The notes beneath the pieces are model-generated. The model ran no database searches, was not told the origin of the DNA, and worked only from the letters and a program-made list of their open reading frames with translations. This document shows, piece by piece, positions 1 to 13,879 of a stretch of 64,000 nt of DNA (positions are counted from its first letter, which is position 1; each line of letters opens with the position of its first letter). The translations under genes and the position numbers were made by a program. The stretch lies in assembly GCF_006345805.1 (NCBI RefSeq), contig NC_043003.1, positions 62,310,001 to 62,374,000 on the forward strand. Direction: 5' to 3'. The stretch is from Octopus sinensis. Taxonomy: Eukaryota.

Positions 1-2120
1 GAGTTTTGTGGAGTTGCTCAACAAAGGTGATGGTGTAGTGTTGTAGGTTTCCCTGATCTGTAGTTGGGATGTCTTAGTGCTGTTGAATGAGACAATGTTG
101 AAACACCCTTTGTTGCTTGCACAATTCCTGCATTTAATATCAATCAGCTATACTTGAATATTAGATAGGAGATGAAATTTGGGAATATATGTATGTATAT
201 TGTTTAAATGTACAGAAAGAGTGTTTTTAAAGGTGCTGGAGAAACTGTAAGGGAAATGTTCAATATGAAACTCTTTCTCAGTGTTTGAAACAAATTATTG
301 ATATTAAACATAAGATTATGAATAGTACTTTTTCTAAGGAATCATTCTATTTATGTTTCCATGGAAACATGATTATAGAAAATGTAGAAAATGTACAGGC
401 TTTTGCATTGCAAAATAATATTATTGATCTCTTGGGTCACTGAGAAATGGGATGGTGCATAGATTTCCAAATATAAGCCTGCCAGGTAGATGATATAAAT
501 GAGTAGATAATGCTAAAATTGAATTTCTACACTTATGACACATTAGGAAAATCAGTAATAAGAAATGTACATGTGCACATGTTCAAACAATATCTGAAAT
601 ATTTCCAATGTTTTGATAACTCATAATCATAGTCATTGTCTTTTGTTCTAGAAGAAATATTTCCTCTTTTGTCTATGTTCTCTCACAGTTTTTTGCAGTA
701 ATTATGAATTGTGGCTTGTAAACAGATTTAGTAACCACATTTAGGATATAAATAACAAATATTTCTGTTATAAACTTGGAATATATTTCTATAAAAATAT
801 CTGAACTGTATATTATTTATAAGTCAATGAAATAACATAAGAAGTAAGCTTATAAAAATGCTTTTTATACCATAATTCTTTTTAATATGGAACTTTTAAG
901 CTTGCAAAATCAATATATTTATATTCTTTCTTCTGTCTACTATATTTCCCCTTGAATCTCAGAAATGGTTATTCTGACAACATCTTAATAGCTATTTAAA
1001 TTAATTGTCTTTAGCTTTTGTGAATGAACAATATATTCATTAAAAAGCCGGTTTAGTTTTTCTTAAACAGTTTAATGTAACAGCACTGTTCTTTCTAAAC
1101 TCTGTTCTGTTATCAACAGTTATGTGAACAGTAATCAGTTATACATGGCATAAGGTGGACCAAGAGTAGTTATTAACAATAAGGTTTTCAATGTTTCCAT
1201 ATTTCATGATAAAATGTTTTGTGTATGGCACTAAATGTTTGCAAAATTGTTTGTGAACTAAATGTTATCCCTCTCATAACAATCATGTTTCTCTTCAGCT
1301 GCCAACTAGTTTCTTCATGTGTATCTCTTTAATATCATTGCTTCGTAGATCTGATAGTTAATTGGATAGGCCTACTTATGCTGACAAATGGTTTTTGTCA
1401 GAGCAGAAAAACAGTAGTATAAGAAGTGATATTGCTACAATATTCAGATAGTAAAAGTAAAAAGTAGTATTATAATTTTAAAAGATAACAAAATAAAAAA
1501 GACATAAATCATTTACTACTTGTTTAATGGAAAGTTAGGTGTGAAACTGTGATTGAATTAAATATGCTGCAAAACATATTTGTCTGCTTTTTTCATTGTG
1601 AAGGGACATAAAATGAGATTATAAGTTCTAACACTTTACAAACATCATGATTATTGTTGCAGTTGGCAATGAAGATCAGTTTAGCATATCTTAAACTCAA
1701 GAATTAATTAAACTGTATGAATTGGTTTATTTTAACAAAATCTTATTTCTGTAAAAGGAAATCCTAATTTTAATTGAAATGAAATAAACTTTTTTGAAAT
1801 ACCATTTAAGAAATGTTTGATTCCAGTGGTATACACATTTAAGAATCTATTAAGGATATATTTATAACGAGGACAACGATGAATTTGATTCTAATAAAAT
1901 CAATTTTGTATATTTATATATTGAGACTAGATCTCCCTTTTTTTGTCCATTCCTCATCAGACCTTAATTCATTTAAGGAAACTATACAACCAAAATAGTT
2001 GGGACAGCACCAGTTCAGAACTAATAACCCAGCTAGGGATTTTATGCATGTCCCAATTCATGAAGCATTATGGGAAGTATTATGGTATATTGCAACTTTT
2101 TTATAATTTGATATAATTAA

Positions 2121-2316
2121 GTGTGCTGGTGCTGGTGCTGGTGCTACATAAAAATCACTCAGTACATTCTGTTAAGTGGTTGGTGTTAGGAAGGGCATCC
2201 AACTGTAAAAACCAAGCCTAAACAGACTAGAGAACTTGGTGTGCTTTGCTAGCTCCTGTCAAACCATCCAACCCATGCTGGCATGGTAAAAGGACATTAC
2301 ACGATGATGATGATGA
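2121..2316 (+). mobile_element. 5'-truncated RTE-family 3' tail (GAT-tailed)
   Basis: Motif gttggtgttaggaagggcatcc...aacccatgctggcatgg...gatgatgatga. It is shared with about 12 other copies in the window and with the tail of the RTE RT fragment at 9765-11390. Confidence 0.7.
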
Positions 2317-2789
2317 AGTAATATAGAATCAGTCATTTGTGAAAGCTTCTTTTCTTGTTTCTTTCATTCTTTCTCCCTCCTTGCTTCTTTCCCTCCATCA
2401 TTCTTGATCAAATAAAATCAGTAGATTTTCCCCAGGTTATGTCAGCATATATTGTATCAACACTTTCATCGAGATGCCTTACAAAAGGAAGAATCCATAT
2501 ATTATTTTTATTCTTCAGATCCAAATTATGTTTTAGACCTAAATCAATGTTATATTTTCCAGGAATAGTGTTCTTGGAACTAACAGTTTAAACCTATTTT
2601 GTCATTAAATCTCCATTTTAATGTGAAATCAGTACCTATTTAAGTATTAATAAAAAAATTCTAACATCTTAATGTTATATTATAGTTGTTGATGCAATAA
2701 GCTGTGTAGGATTGCAATAAGTTATCATAATTGAGTTATAATTTAATCATGTTCCTCTTATTTTAAATTTATATTCTCTTTTACTCTTT

Positions 2790-3095
2790 TCCTTCAGTCG
2801 TTGCTTTGTGGCCATGTAGGAGCACTAATATGTAGGCTAGTCAAACAAATCAATTAAATATTTATTTTAAGCCTGGTATTTTTATCCCTTTATCTTAGTG
2901 GTTTAGCCCATGAGATTAACAGAGTTGATCTCTTGTGCTAAACCACTAAGATAAAGGGATAAAAACAAACCAGCACCTGTTAAGTAGTGGGTTGGTCAAA
3001 CACTAAGGCATGTTGGGTTTCCACATGGCTTCCACTCTACCAAATTCACTCACTAGGCATTAATTGGCCCAGGGCTTTAATAGAGGACACTATGT
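2790..3095 (-). mobile_element. tRNA-derived SINE (octopus OK/OR-like), diverged, with an internal inverted duplication
   Basis: Tail gtggccatgtaggagcact and body ctctaccaaattcactcac match the copies at 8670-9125 and 31840-32170. Confidence 0.65.
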
Positions 3096-5589
3096 TTTGA
3101 TCATTTATTGATATCCTAGTTTCTTTAATTGTATGTATCACAGTTTGCTGAATTTTCTTGATGTAATAAATTGTTGTCTTAAAAGTGTTCATAAATTCTA
3201 ATCATACACATTAACTGAGAGAATTGGATTTTTCATTTAATGACAAATTGAAAAAAAAAATACAAGTTCCGTAAACCTTTTTTTAGGAGATTTAACAGAA
3301 TCATTCAAATTTACTAATGAATATTCAAATTTAAAGACAAATTCAAACGTAATGTAAGAGAAGATTGCTAAAATTATTCTTTGAAACAACAAATGCAAAA
3401 ATAATCTGAATCTCCGTTTTTAAGGTAAACCTTAACATTATTTGCTGGTTTTGCATCATTATTCCTTGCAGAATTCTAATTCTTTATTCTCTTTTATCAA
3501 ATATTGTTATCTTGTCTCTTCTGCTCAGTGCTGGTTGTAAATCAAATCACCCACACACATAATATATTTACTTGCGTGTATGTGTATATATATATATATT
3601 CATGACAATTGGTGTAATTAGAATTCTCATATCAACATTGGAGTTGCTGTCACTGAGATCTGAAATTACATTTTATTGTTACAGTGCATTACTAGTTATT
3701 AATATGATATTATTGGATCTCTTTTTTTTTTTAATGAATATTATGCCATATTAAGTGAGAAACATACTGCAGGGAATCAAACACACAAAATACTCCACTG
3801 AATGCTAAAAACCATTATTCTTAATGACAGTCGTAACAATCTGTATTTAGATTGATGATGTATATTAGTCATATGGAAATATTGCAAACCTTATTCAAGT
3901 GAATTAACTGCTTTCAAAATCATTGTAAGTGCTTTAAATGTAAAATAAATATAATCAGAAGCCTGACAATTATCTCTCAGAATAAGCTATGTGCCAATAA
4001 TCTTTTTCGCTTGTTTTAAGTTTCTTATCTAGGTTTTGAAAATATTTCAATGTGTAACTATAGCAATATCTATCTTTCCTCAGTATAAGGTTACACAAAT
4101 AATCAGCTAACATGGTAAATTTAATTCCCAGTCAATCAAGTCTGCAAATTGGTTTTGATTCCCTGTTATAGTTATTTCATAGTATTCATGGTGCTACGAT
4201 GAACTGACATTTAATTACTGCTATTTGAAATTCTTAAATGTCATGAGTTCCAATTCTATCTTCTACTGCAGTCAGCCATACTGACAATCCATTTATGGAT
4301 ACATTTGATTATAAAAATTCAAGTAACTGATTCTATTTATTGAATTAGTGCAGAGTATAAATACATATTTATCTTCATGCAAATGACAGCAATTCATGGC
4401 AGGAGAGATCAAAATACCTCACTGCCTACTGGAATGAAAGAGACAACTTGCTGAGCAATTAGATATTAATCTGCATTAATTCTTTGAATTTCAATATGGA
4501 TGTTATTGCACATCTAAAATGGTGTCACATTAAAATTTTGCTTGGATCTAATGAAAGATAAACTGACTCATTCAATTAATATAGCAAGGTAGTTAAATTT
4601 AACTTTCACTTTATTGAAATACAAATAGAAATGACCAATAGTATCATCATATCATTTAGTCATATCTATTAGTAATATAACTTTTAAAAATAAGTTTAAA
4701 TATCCTTTTTATGATAAGGTATTCTTTGTTTAATTGCATGTATTATTCAATATTTGAATTTTCAATTTCATATCTCATCTTAAAATTCATATCCCTTCCA
4801 TGAAAAGCTTTCAAAATTAGTAGCACAGACCACTTCTACTTTCAAAATTAGTTTACCAAAGAAATCAATAAATTACTAGATGCCTGCTGCCTCAAACTAA
4901 ATACCGTAATAATATCTTAAAAAAAAAAAGAAAAATCTTGAATTTTATCGAAATTGTTGACATTAATATTTTTATTTCTTGGGTTTATTTTGTATAAAAA
5001 CTTTTAATGGACATATTAATTTTTTTCTTTCTTAATTAATTAATTTGGGAATCACATATTCTCTGAAGAAACATTAGGAAAACCAGAAAATGGTTCACTC
5101 ATGATCAGACAAAAATACAACTCACTTAATTTTTAGTAAAAGATGAAGATATCAACATGTCTTAAAATGCATTACTTCACTCTTTAAGTACTTACTTGCA
5201 GACAAAATCTGTTTATGCTGCTATCATAAATCTTTTAGACTTTATTTTCAGTCATCAACTTCACAGCCAAATGTTGGATGCTATATTAGCTTCTTGTGGC
5301 TTAATAGCATATTCCATTAGCATTTATTTATTTAGTTTTTGGCTTAATTCACAATATTTTTATTTTCATTTTAATTCTTAATTTATATATTGTATTATCA
5401 TCATAAACATTATAATAAAACAATGTGTATGTATGTGTGTATGTATATATGTATTGTGTGTGTGTGTTATTTTACTATGCTTGTTTGTCTTAAACTTCAA
5501 TTAATTTGTCTTTTACTTTGTAGCTTTATTAACGTGGTTCCTGTGTTTCCAGCCATTTTAGTTTTTGATCACCCATGTTAACTGCCACT

Positions 5590-5594
5590 ATATA

Positions 5595-5653
<59 letters not shown>
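5590..5653. repeat. (TA)n microsatellite
   Basis: Direct inspection. Similar tracts occur at about 20240-20325, 35760-35825, 52340-52377, 56520-56580, 57620-57650 and 63394-63427. Confidence 0.95.
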
Positions 5654-5659
<6 letters not shown>

Positions 5660-5999
5660 TGAACCTTGTAAGATTAGCTCTATGGCTTCTTTTATTTGTG
5701 TTATGTTTTACTGTGGTTACTTTTGAATGCTGAATTTAGGAATAGGTGTTTTTCTATGATGCATACTCTTAATTCTTCAATTTTTATCTATGGCTTCTTT
5801 TTATCCCTCAAAGCATGATTCGTTTGCTTTTTAAAGATTTTTTGTAATTTGAGTTTGTTTCAGTCTGATATTTTTATATTGATTTTCTCTTATTATTTTG
5901 GATATGTTGAAGGTATTTTTGGTGTCTGTGTATTTGCTCATTTAACACATTCTCTAGGAAGATATAATTGATAATTTATTATTGTTCATTTTAATAACT

Positions 6000-7750
6000 T
6001 TCCTTATATTTGCTTATTATTAACAATGACAATCTTCATCACTTCATGTACTTCTCCCTCCTGGTATGGTGGAGAAAAGTCAGGCGAGCATTTCCAGGTT
6101 TGGACATCATGGTAGTTTATCAGTATGAAAACACTATAATAGTCGTTATTGTTGTTACTATGTTGCTCCAGGTGCTATGTGCAAAGGTATTCTAGCCACG
6201 TCTTTCTCTTCTCTCTATATATCTGGGATTACCTTGTCCTATACATCCTTCTTTATTTACATGGCACAAGCTATTTAAGAGAGATTAGGCTGTTACTTTT
6301 TGCATGTAAATACCAGACTAGAGGCTCAATCATTCGCTTGTTATAGTAGTGGTTGATGATGAAGAGAACACACATTGTCTGTTGGTTAGTGATAATTTTG
6401 TGAGTAATATTTTGCCTGTTTGAGAGACGACTTTTATTTTTGTGTGTGTATGTGTGGGGATGGGTGCAGTTTTTGATGTTTGTTTGTGCAGCAGCTGTGC
6501 CATTCCAAATATGTTAGCAGTATTTAATTTAGTGTGAACTTGGGTGTTGTAAAGAATCAGCATCTGATCAGTGCTGAAGACTTTCTAGTCCTAGAGAAAA
6601 AAAATTTTAGGTTTAAGTTATAAATTTGTCTATGTTTTAGATAAGTCACCTGGCATTTACAAAGACTGTTGAGTTAGTAAGCTTTAGAGTATTCAAAGAC
6701 AAAAAGAGGTGCACAGTGTGTATCTTATCTTAATATATGTTGTGATAGTTTCGTAGTTCAAGTGAACGAAACTAAGTTGTGATGTCCCTATTGCAAGGGG
6801 TTTTCAAAGCCTGTATCCATAGAGAGAAAAGGCATCTAGATTGCATATAAAAGATGACTGTAAGCAAAGGCTATTGAGTAGTGATGAGTGGTATCGTCTA
6901 CATAGGGATATGTGTGTCTATAAAATAAGATAAATTAATGTACAGAAGCAAGTGTGTGGTAGAAGTAACCAGATCTAAGGCAAACTCTCAATAGTCTAAA
7001 ATATTTAAGAAGTTTCTATTGAAAGAAATAATTACTGAATTTTCAATGGCTATACGTCTTTCTATGAGGAAAAGTTCTATTTTGAGTTTTCTCAAACATT
7101 TGAGCTGCTAATTCACTTTTCTCAAAAGATCTGAACTACGCAGACTTTTTCATCCTGGTCAATAATCTCTAGCTCTTTTTATTTTTGTTTTCTAATCTTA
7201 ACAACAGCTGATGGATAGGTTTAAAATGACAAATTGCATTAGTAGATTTGAAAGGGATCTGACATGACAAAACAGGAGAGGAAGCATTATTAGCCCACAT
7301 TAGTTGAATCTTTTGAAATGTTGCAATTTGTATTATGGTCCATGACAAAAGAATTACAGATAACACTGATCAGTTGAATAAGATCTTTTCACGATACCTC
7401 AAAGCCTTGTTTGGTATACAAAGTATATTGTAAAAGAGCTTCAATCCTTATTTGAATGGCATCTACAGCTTGCTATAACTGAAACAGGAGTCGCGAGAAA
7501 TTAGTTTTAGAGTTAACAGAAAGTTAGGAATATTTTTAGACTTCCATTGAAGTTGTAGACATGTAGTTGCATGGAATATGTCAATTAAAGCTGGCAGTAA
7601 CCATGATTTTTTTACTATAAACAATTTTATTCCATTCTATAGTAAAGTTACATACATGTTTTCAGTTGCTTTTAACACGAACATAAAGTATTATTCAATC
7701 TTGATTATAATTTTGCATTCATGTTACAATATGTTGTGTAAATTTCAAAA
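6000..7750 (-). mobile_element. Heavily decayed I/Jockey-group non-LTR retrotransposon ORF2 remnant
   Basis: The minus strand gives YVDD (RT-like) near 6900 and DKIHTVHLF. It also gives MLILYNTQVHTKLNTANIFG, resembling the post-RT LLYKSLIRSKLDYGS motif. Many stops and frameshifts. Confidence 0.45.
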
Positions 7751-8669
7751 TGATAGTATACCAGGTAATTTTGTGTTATAAGATGTTCTTGAGCATTATG
7801 CAGAGTGAATACATTTTATTGTTTTCATTGACAAGAAAAAGCAAAATATGGTACTTAATGGTATATATTTCCTGATGAAATGTATAATTGATAGTATCTT
7901 GCACATTATTTTGAATCTAACTTAAATGAAGCCTTAACTTACAAATTTTGGAAGATAAGAATTTATTGTAGTAATGATATGGATATATAAAGGCTATATG
8001 AAAACTTGTCTGAAGATTGAGAGCGTTAATTTAGGCTTGGGAACAGGGGGTGCAGGAGATGCTAGGACAACCCCTAAAATTTGGGGGAGGACAATGAAAA
8101 TGCTGTGAACAGCCTCCTGAAAAACTTGGTTTGCACCCACTAAGCAAATATTGTTCTTGTGTTTATGAGTGTTCAGAATGACTTTCTCATAGAATAGGAA
8201 AAAATTTGATTCTACATTTTTATGTTAACAAAGGATATGTTTGGTTGTCTGAGTTAATCATCTAAAGTATGAGTACTTCCCAACGAACTCCATTTGAGCT
8301 TCAAAGAAAACAAAACCTGCTCTGGAGTGAAGCAATTTTTTACCCTAGAGAGAAAAGTGGTATTCATGGATGACATTTTGGTAGAATTCAATGTTATATG
8401 ATATACATTTTTAATGTCACTTAGTCCAAATATGATTTAACAAAATTAACCCAAGAATCGGCAATTTTTTTCTCTTCATAAAGACTTGTCATGCTAGATA
8501 CATCACCAAAGCAAGACGACAAATAGCTTTCAAGTTAAACTTCCTTTATACTCTTCAATTACCCACCTCTCGAATATATTAGAAGTAATGAAATCTTAGT
8601 CTGCTATATTTTGAAAGAATGAAGTCATTTAGAATTAATTATTTTTCTTATGAAATATGCTTAGAAGAT

Positions 8670-9125
8670 ATAAATCTTTATCTTTTACTTGTTTCAGCCA
8701 TTCTAGGGTACTATCTTGTAAGGTTTTTGTTAAATTGACTCTAGGACTCATGTTTTTATTTTATCGTCCTGTTTTTTTACCAAGCTACTAAGATGTGGGG
8801 ATGCAAACAAACCAGCACTAGTTATCAAGGAGTGGTTGGGGATATACACAAACAAACACACACATATCTATCTGTATGTCTGTTTTTGTCTCTATCTATC
8901 TATTTATCTATCTATCTGTCTATCTATCTATTTATATATATATATAGATATATATACACAACAGGCTTCTTTCAGTTTCCATCTACAAATTTAATTCACA
9001 AGGCTTTGGTCAGCATGGCACTATAGTATAAAACACTTGCCTAAAAGTGTTGTTTAGTAAGACTGAACTAAGGCTACTTGGTTGGGAACCAAACCTCTCA
9101 TTCCCACCTACACAGCTATACCTGA
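8670..9125 (-). mobile_element. tRNA-derived SINE (OK/OR-like)
   Basis: ggcttctttcagtttccatctacaaatttaattcacaaggctttggtc...aacacttgcc...gactgaac is the reverse-complemented head and body; internal (TCTA)n. Confidence 0.75.
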
Positions 9126-9126
9126 G

Positions 9127-9167
<41 letters not shown>

Positions 9168-9764
9168 TGAGAAAAAGGAGGCAATCAGAATTTTGGATAA
9201 TTCTTTATTAGCACTTTTGTTCATTTAACCAAACTCTTCAAGGCAAAAATTAAAACCAAAATTTCGTGTGTGTGTGTGCGTACTCAAGTTCACAAAATTC
9301 CATTTCTATATGTAAATGTAGATAAATTTTCATCATATATATTTCCATATTACATTTGGTGAACAATAACATGAGGGCTTGCAAATTTCCAGTCGGAAAA
9401 TCCCTGGTTCTTTGTATTTTTAATGGAGAGAGGGATGAAGATTGTGTAATTTGGGTGGAACAAATATCACACAAAATTTTTATCCAAAAACATTAAAAAT
9501 TTTTCTTTCTCTTTTTTTTTTTCATCTTTACATCTTTCTCCAATATAAAGTACCAAAAACTATAATTACTCTCTGTCTGTCTGTCTGCCTCTCTCTCTCT
9601 CTCTCTCTCTCTGACCCCCACCCACACGCACGCACACAGATAAACGATAGTCTTTTGAGTAGTTTCTGTTCGACAAATTTTACCCACGGGACATTAGCAA
9701 GCTGAAAGTTTGGCAGAAACTCAAGACTGGAACGTTGTAAAGCAAGTTCTTAATCACACAGTCA

Positions 9765-11390
9765 TCATCATCATCATCATCATTGTTGTTTAATGTCTGC
9801 TTTCCATGCTGGCATCGGTTGGACTGTTTGACTGAGGACTGGCAAGCTAGGAGGCTGCACCAGACTCCAATCTGCTTTGGCAAGGTGTCTACAGCTGGAT
9901 GCTCTTCCTAACGCCACACACTCCAAGAGTGGAGTCAGTTTTTTTTTATGTGCCACTGGCATAGGAGCCAGTCAGGCAGCAGTGGCTCTGTCATGCTTCA
10001 ATGGTGCTTTTTACATGCCACTAGCACAGGTGCCAGTCAGGTGGAACTGACATCAACCACGACTATGATTTCACTTGGTTCAACCAGGTCTCCATAGGCA
10101 AGGCATATTGACTGATGAGTGAAGAGTACTTTTAAAAAGGCCAATTATATGACACTGGCATCAACCACAACTACAATCTCACTTGGCTGCCAAGTCTTCT
10201 CAAGTACAGTATATCTCCAAAAGTTTCAATCACTTGTCATTGCCTTTGTAAGGCCCAATATTTGATGGTCGTGCTTCACCATCTCTTCCTGGGTCTACCT
10301 CTTCCATAGGTTTCCTCCACTGTTAGGGTGTGACACTTCTTCACACAGCTGTCCTCATCCATATGCAACACATGACAATACTAGCGCAGTTGTCTCTCTT
10401 GCACACCACATCTGATACTTCTTATATCCAACTTCTCTCTCAGGGTGCTTACACTCTGTCATGTATGCACACTGACATCACACATCCAGCAGAGCACATT
10501 AACTTCATTTCTTGCAAGCCTATGCCTGTTCTCAGTAGTCACAGCCCATATTTCACTGCCATGTGGCATGGCTGTTTGCACACAGGCATCATACAGTTTA
10601 CCTTTCACTCTGAGCAAGAGACTCTTTGTTATCAGCAGAGGTAGGAGCTCTCTGAACTTTGCACAGTTTATTCTTATTCTAGCAGCTACACTCTCAGAGC
10701 ATCCACCCCTACTACTGACTTGGTCACCTAGGCAACAGAGGTTATCAACTACTTCTAGTTTTTTCCTCTGGCATATAATGGAATCTGTTTTCTGTACATC
10801 TTCAGTATTTTTTGCACCTGTGCACCTGCCACACACAAAAACTATCTTCCTCATTAACCTCCCTTTGATATTGCTGCACCTCTTATGTGTCCATAGCTTA
10901 GACTGGGTACCTCTTATGGAGTTTCTACCTACACATTTTCTACAGATTAAGCAGGGCCATCTACTAAAGGGATTTGTGATTTGTCTGCTTTACTACTTAC
11001 TAAGACTTTGGTTTTTGTTAGATTGACTCTAAGACCCTTCAATTCTAGACCTTGCTTTGGGAGTGACTCAGCTATTAGAGCAAGGTCATCAGAATAGAGG
11101 AGCTCCCAGTAGCAGCCTATCTTGAATTCCTCTCTTATTGCTTGGAGGACTATGATGAATAAGTGGGGGCTGAGGACTGATCATTAGTTAACCCCTACTT
11201 TTACTCAGAATTATTCACTATACTTGTTGCCAACCCTCACCTTACTGGCAGCATCCCTGTACAGGGCTTGTACAGCTCCCACCAACCACTCATCTATCCC
11301 TAGTTTCTGCATTGGCCACCATATAAAAGATCAGGGAACCCTGTCATACCTGTACCATTTGTGAAGTTGACTGCTGAATGACATATATAC
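9765..11390 (-). mobile_element. 5'-truncated RTE-clade LINE (RT C-terminal part plus 3' UTR with ~60-bp repeats and GAT tail)
   Basis: ORF 10459-10854 reads LEVVDNLCCLGD...KFRELLPLL...LYDACVQTAMPHGSEIW, typical of the RTE post-RT region. Decayed GVHQGSVLSPLLF/YADD-like sequence at about 11060-11260. The 3' UTR matches the other RTE tails. Confidence 0.85.
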
Positions 11391-11714
11391 ACATATCAAC
11401 AGAGTTTACTCAAACTTTAGGCCATTTGAAGGGCCTTGCAAATTATGGTATAAATTTGTAAGAACAAATGAGTAGACTAAGTTAGTAATTTTCTTTAATA
11501 TATTAGTAGTAAGGTAAATCAATTAATAAAATATATTTGGACGGTGCATTTTACATGCCACTGGCACAGGTATCACAACTACAATTTCCATTTGATTTTT
11601 TGATGTTGATGTATTTGACTCATTAGGTCTCCTCAACCACAGTGTGTATATATATATATATATATATGATCGTCATCATCACAGTGTGTGTATATATATA
11701 TATATATATATATC

Positions 11715-12110
11715 ATCGTCATCATCATCATCATCATTTAACGTCCGCTTTCCATGCTAGCATGGGTTGGACGATTTGACTGAGGACTGGCGAACCAGAT
11801 GGCTGCACCAGGCTCCAATCTGATCTGGCAGAGCTTCCACAGCCAGATGCCCTTCCTGATGCCAACCACTCCGAGAGTGCAATGGGTGCTTTTACATGCC
11901 ACCTGCATGAGGGCCAGTCTGGCGGTACTGGCTACGGCCACACTCAAAATGGTGTTTACTTACGTGCCACCTGCACAGGAGTCAGTCCAGCGGCACTGGC
12001 AACGACCTCACTTGAATGTTTTGTTCCTGTGCTACCGGCACAAGTGCCAGTAAGTCAACGCTGATAATGATCACACTCAAATGGTGCTTTTTACATTCCT
12101 ACCGCACCAT
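11715..12110 (-). mobile_element. RTE 3' tail copy with several internal ~60-bp units
   Basis: catcatttaacgtccgctttccatgctagcatgggttgg... followed by ggtgcttttacatgccac units. Confidence 0.85.
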
Positions 12111-12129
12111 TTGAGCATATATATATGTA

Positions 12130-12365
12130 TATATTTATGTGTGTTTGTGTCTGTATTTGTCCCCACCACCATCTCTTCACACACACACACACACACACAT
12201 ATATATGTGATGGGCTCTTTTCAGTTTCTGTCTACAATATCCACTCACAAGGCTTTGGTCGGCCCAAGACTATAGTAGAAGACACTAGATCATGGTTCCT
12301 CTCAGTGGAACAGAACCCGGAATCATGTGGTTGAGAAGTAAGTTTCTTACCTTACATCCACACCT
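12130..12365 (-). mobile_element. tRNA-derived SINE (OK/OR-like)
   Basis: ccactcacaaggctttggtcggcccaagactatagtagaagacact...gaacccggaatcatgtggttg (reverse-complemented B-box region). Confidence 0.8.
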
Positions 12366-13879
12366 GTAGAAACATGTATAAAGTTACTGAAAATATTAAC
12401 AGTATCCAATACCATCCAATACTACTATATTGTTTGTCTCCAGTGTTGTATTCCTCTAAGCTTCAATGTGTTTGCAATTTAAAAAATTAATTTGACTGTC
12501 TTACTTCCATAAACTCAACATAATAATTTTGATTGAACTATCTCTTTCAAATACTCCCTTACTTAGTGTTCCATTTACTTCAATGGTTTTCACCTACATG
12601 CATTAACTGCTTATACCAACACAGCTATTTCTTTTGGCTCTTCTACTCTTCACTGATATTTCAAACCAAATAAGCCTAATTTCAAACTTAAGTCTACTAC
12701 ACATATTGCTTTTCTATCATCTACTCAACCCACTTCATTACTCGGTATGTCCTCATGCTCCTGCTAGATTATCTGCTTATGAGCAGCCTTGTGTCTATGA
12801 TAGGCCAAGTGCCTCTGCCAGAAATCAATATTAGTCCACTTAAGTCATCGCCTTTCTTTTTCTCGAACTTTCAAGCTTGTATGGATTACATCTTCATATA
12901 CATATATTGGTTAACTAATCCTATTCATAGTAAAATTAATACTTGCAGTATATCAGTACATTTCTCAGACTATATTTTGTAATTTATTCTGATACACTAC
13001 TTTGCATTTCTGAATACTTAATTTTGTTCATGCTTTCAATGTAAGACATGAATTCTACTTCTCTGTTTCTTTTTCTCTCCACATTAACCTTATACACACT
13101 GCAAATCTAACCTGCACATTATTTGTAATTTGATAATATTGAGGAGCACATTTTCTAGGCATTTGCTTAGATATTTTCCTATGTCACTTTCTCTTCAGAA
13201 CAAAGTCTCATTTGACTGGTATAATTGACTTATTTTCTGCAGTTATATAATTTTGATTTCGTTTGTCCAAGAGCTTAGCATTGTGGCTATTTTTTGTCTT
13301 ATGCAAGAGAGAATCTGTGTCATTATTCCATTACATGTAATATCTGTTAAATGTTTCAGTGCTTCAGTGATATCTCTATTATGTATTAAGATTTACTAAA
13401 CAGTTTGTTAGTAGCACATATTATCAATCAAAGTTGAAGATATTTGATCAAGGTAGTTAAATTTTCCACTTTACACATTCTCTTCAAAAACATAAAAAAT
13501 AGAATCGAAAACATATTTTTTTTCTTTCTCTGTGTTTCTCATCAGTTACGTTTGTTGGAGTTAAAATTGAATTTCTATAGATTTATAATCACAAAATGAT
13601 GTTCAGTTGGCTATATATGGGAAACATGTGAAAAAATTTTATATTCATGAATTGTTTTACTCATGCACATTGACGGAAAGCACATTTCTATAGATTCCTC
13701 GAATGCTAATTTTATGTAAGGTCATGTCTGCATTAAAAGCCAACTATTTCCTCATCATTATTTAGATTATTTGTTCTTTTATTAGAAATAGTACAACCAA
13801 TGACTAGTTAGAAATCAATAAAGATGAAAATTAATTAATTAATAATGCTTTACACAGTGTATTTTTAGATAATTCAAAA

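Noticed and set aside
10445-11026. Longest ORF in the track (193 aa, +)
   Set aside because: It is an antisense shadow of the minus-strand RTE RT remnant, with no recognisable domain.
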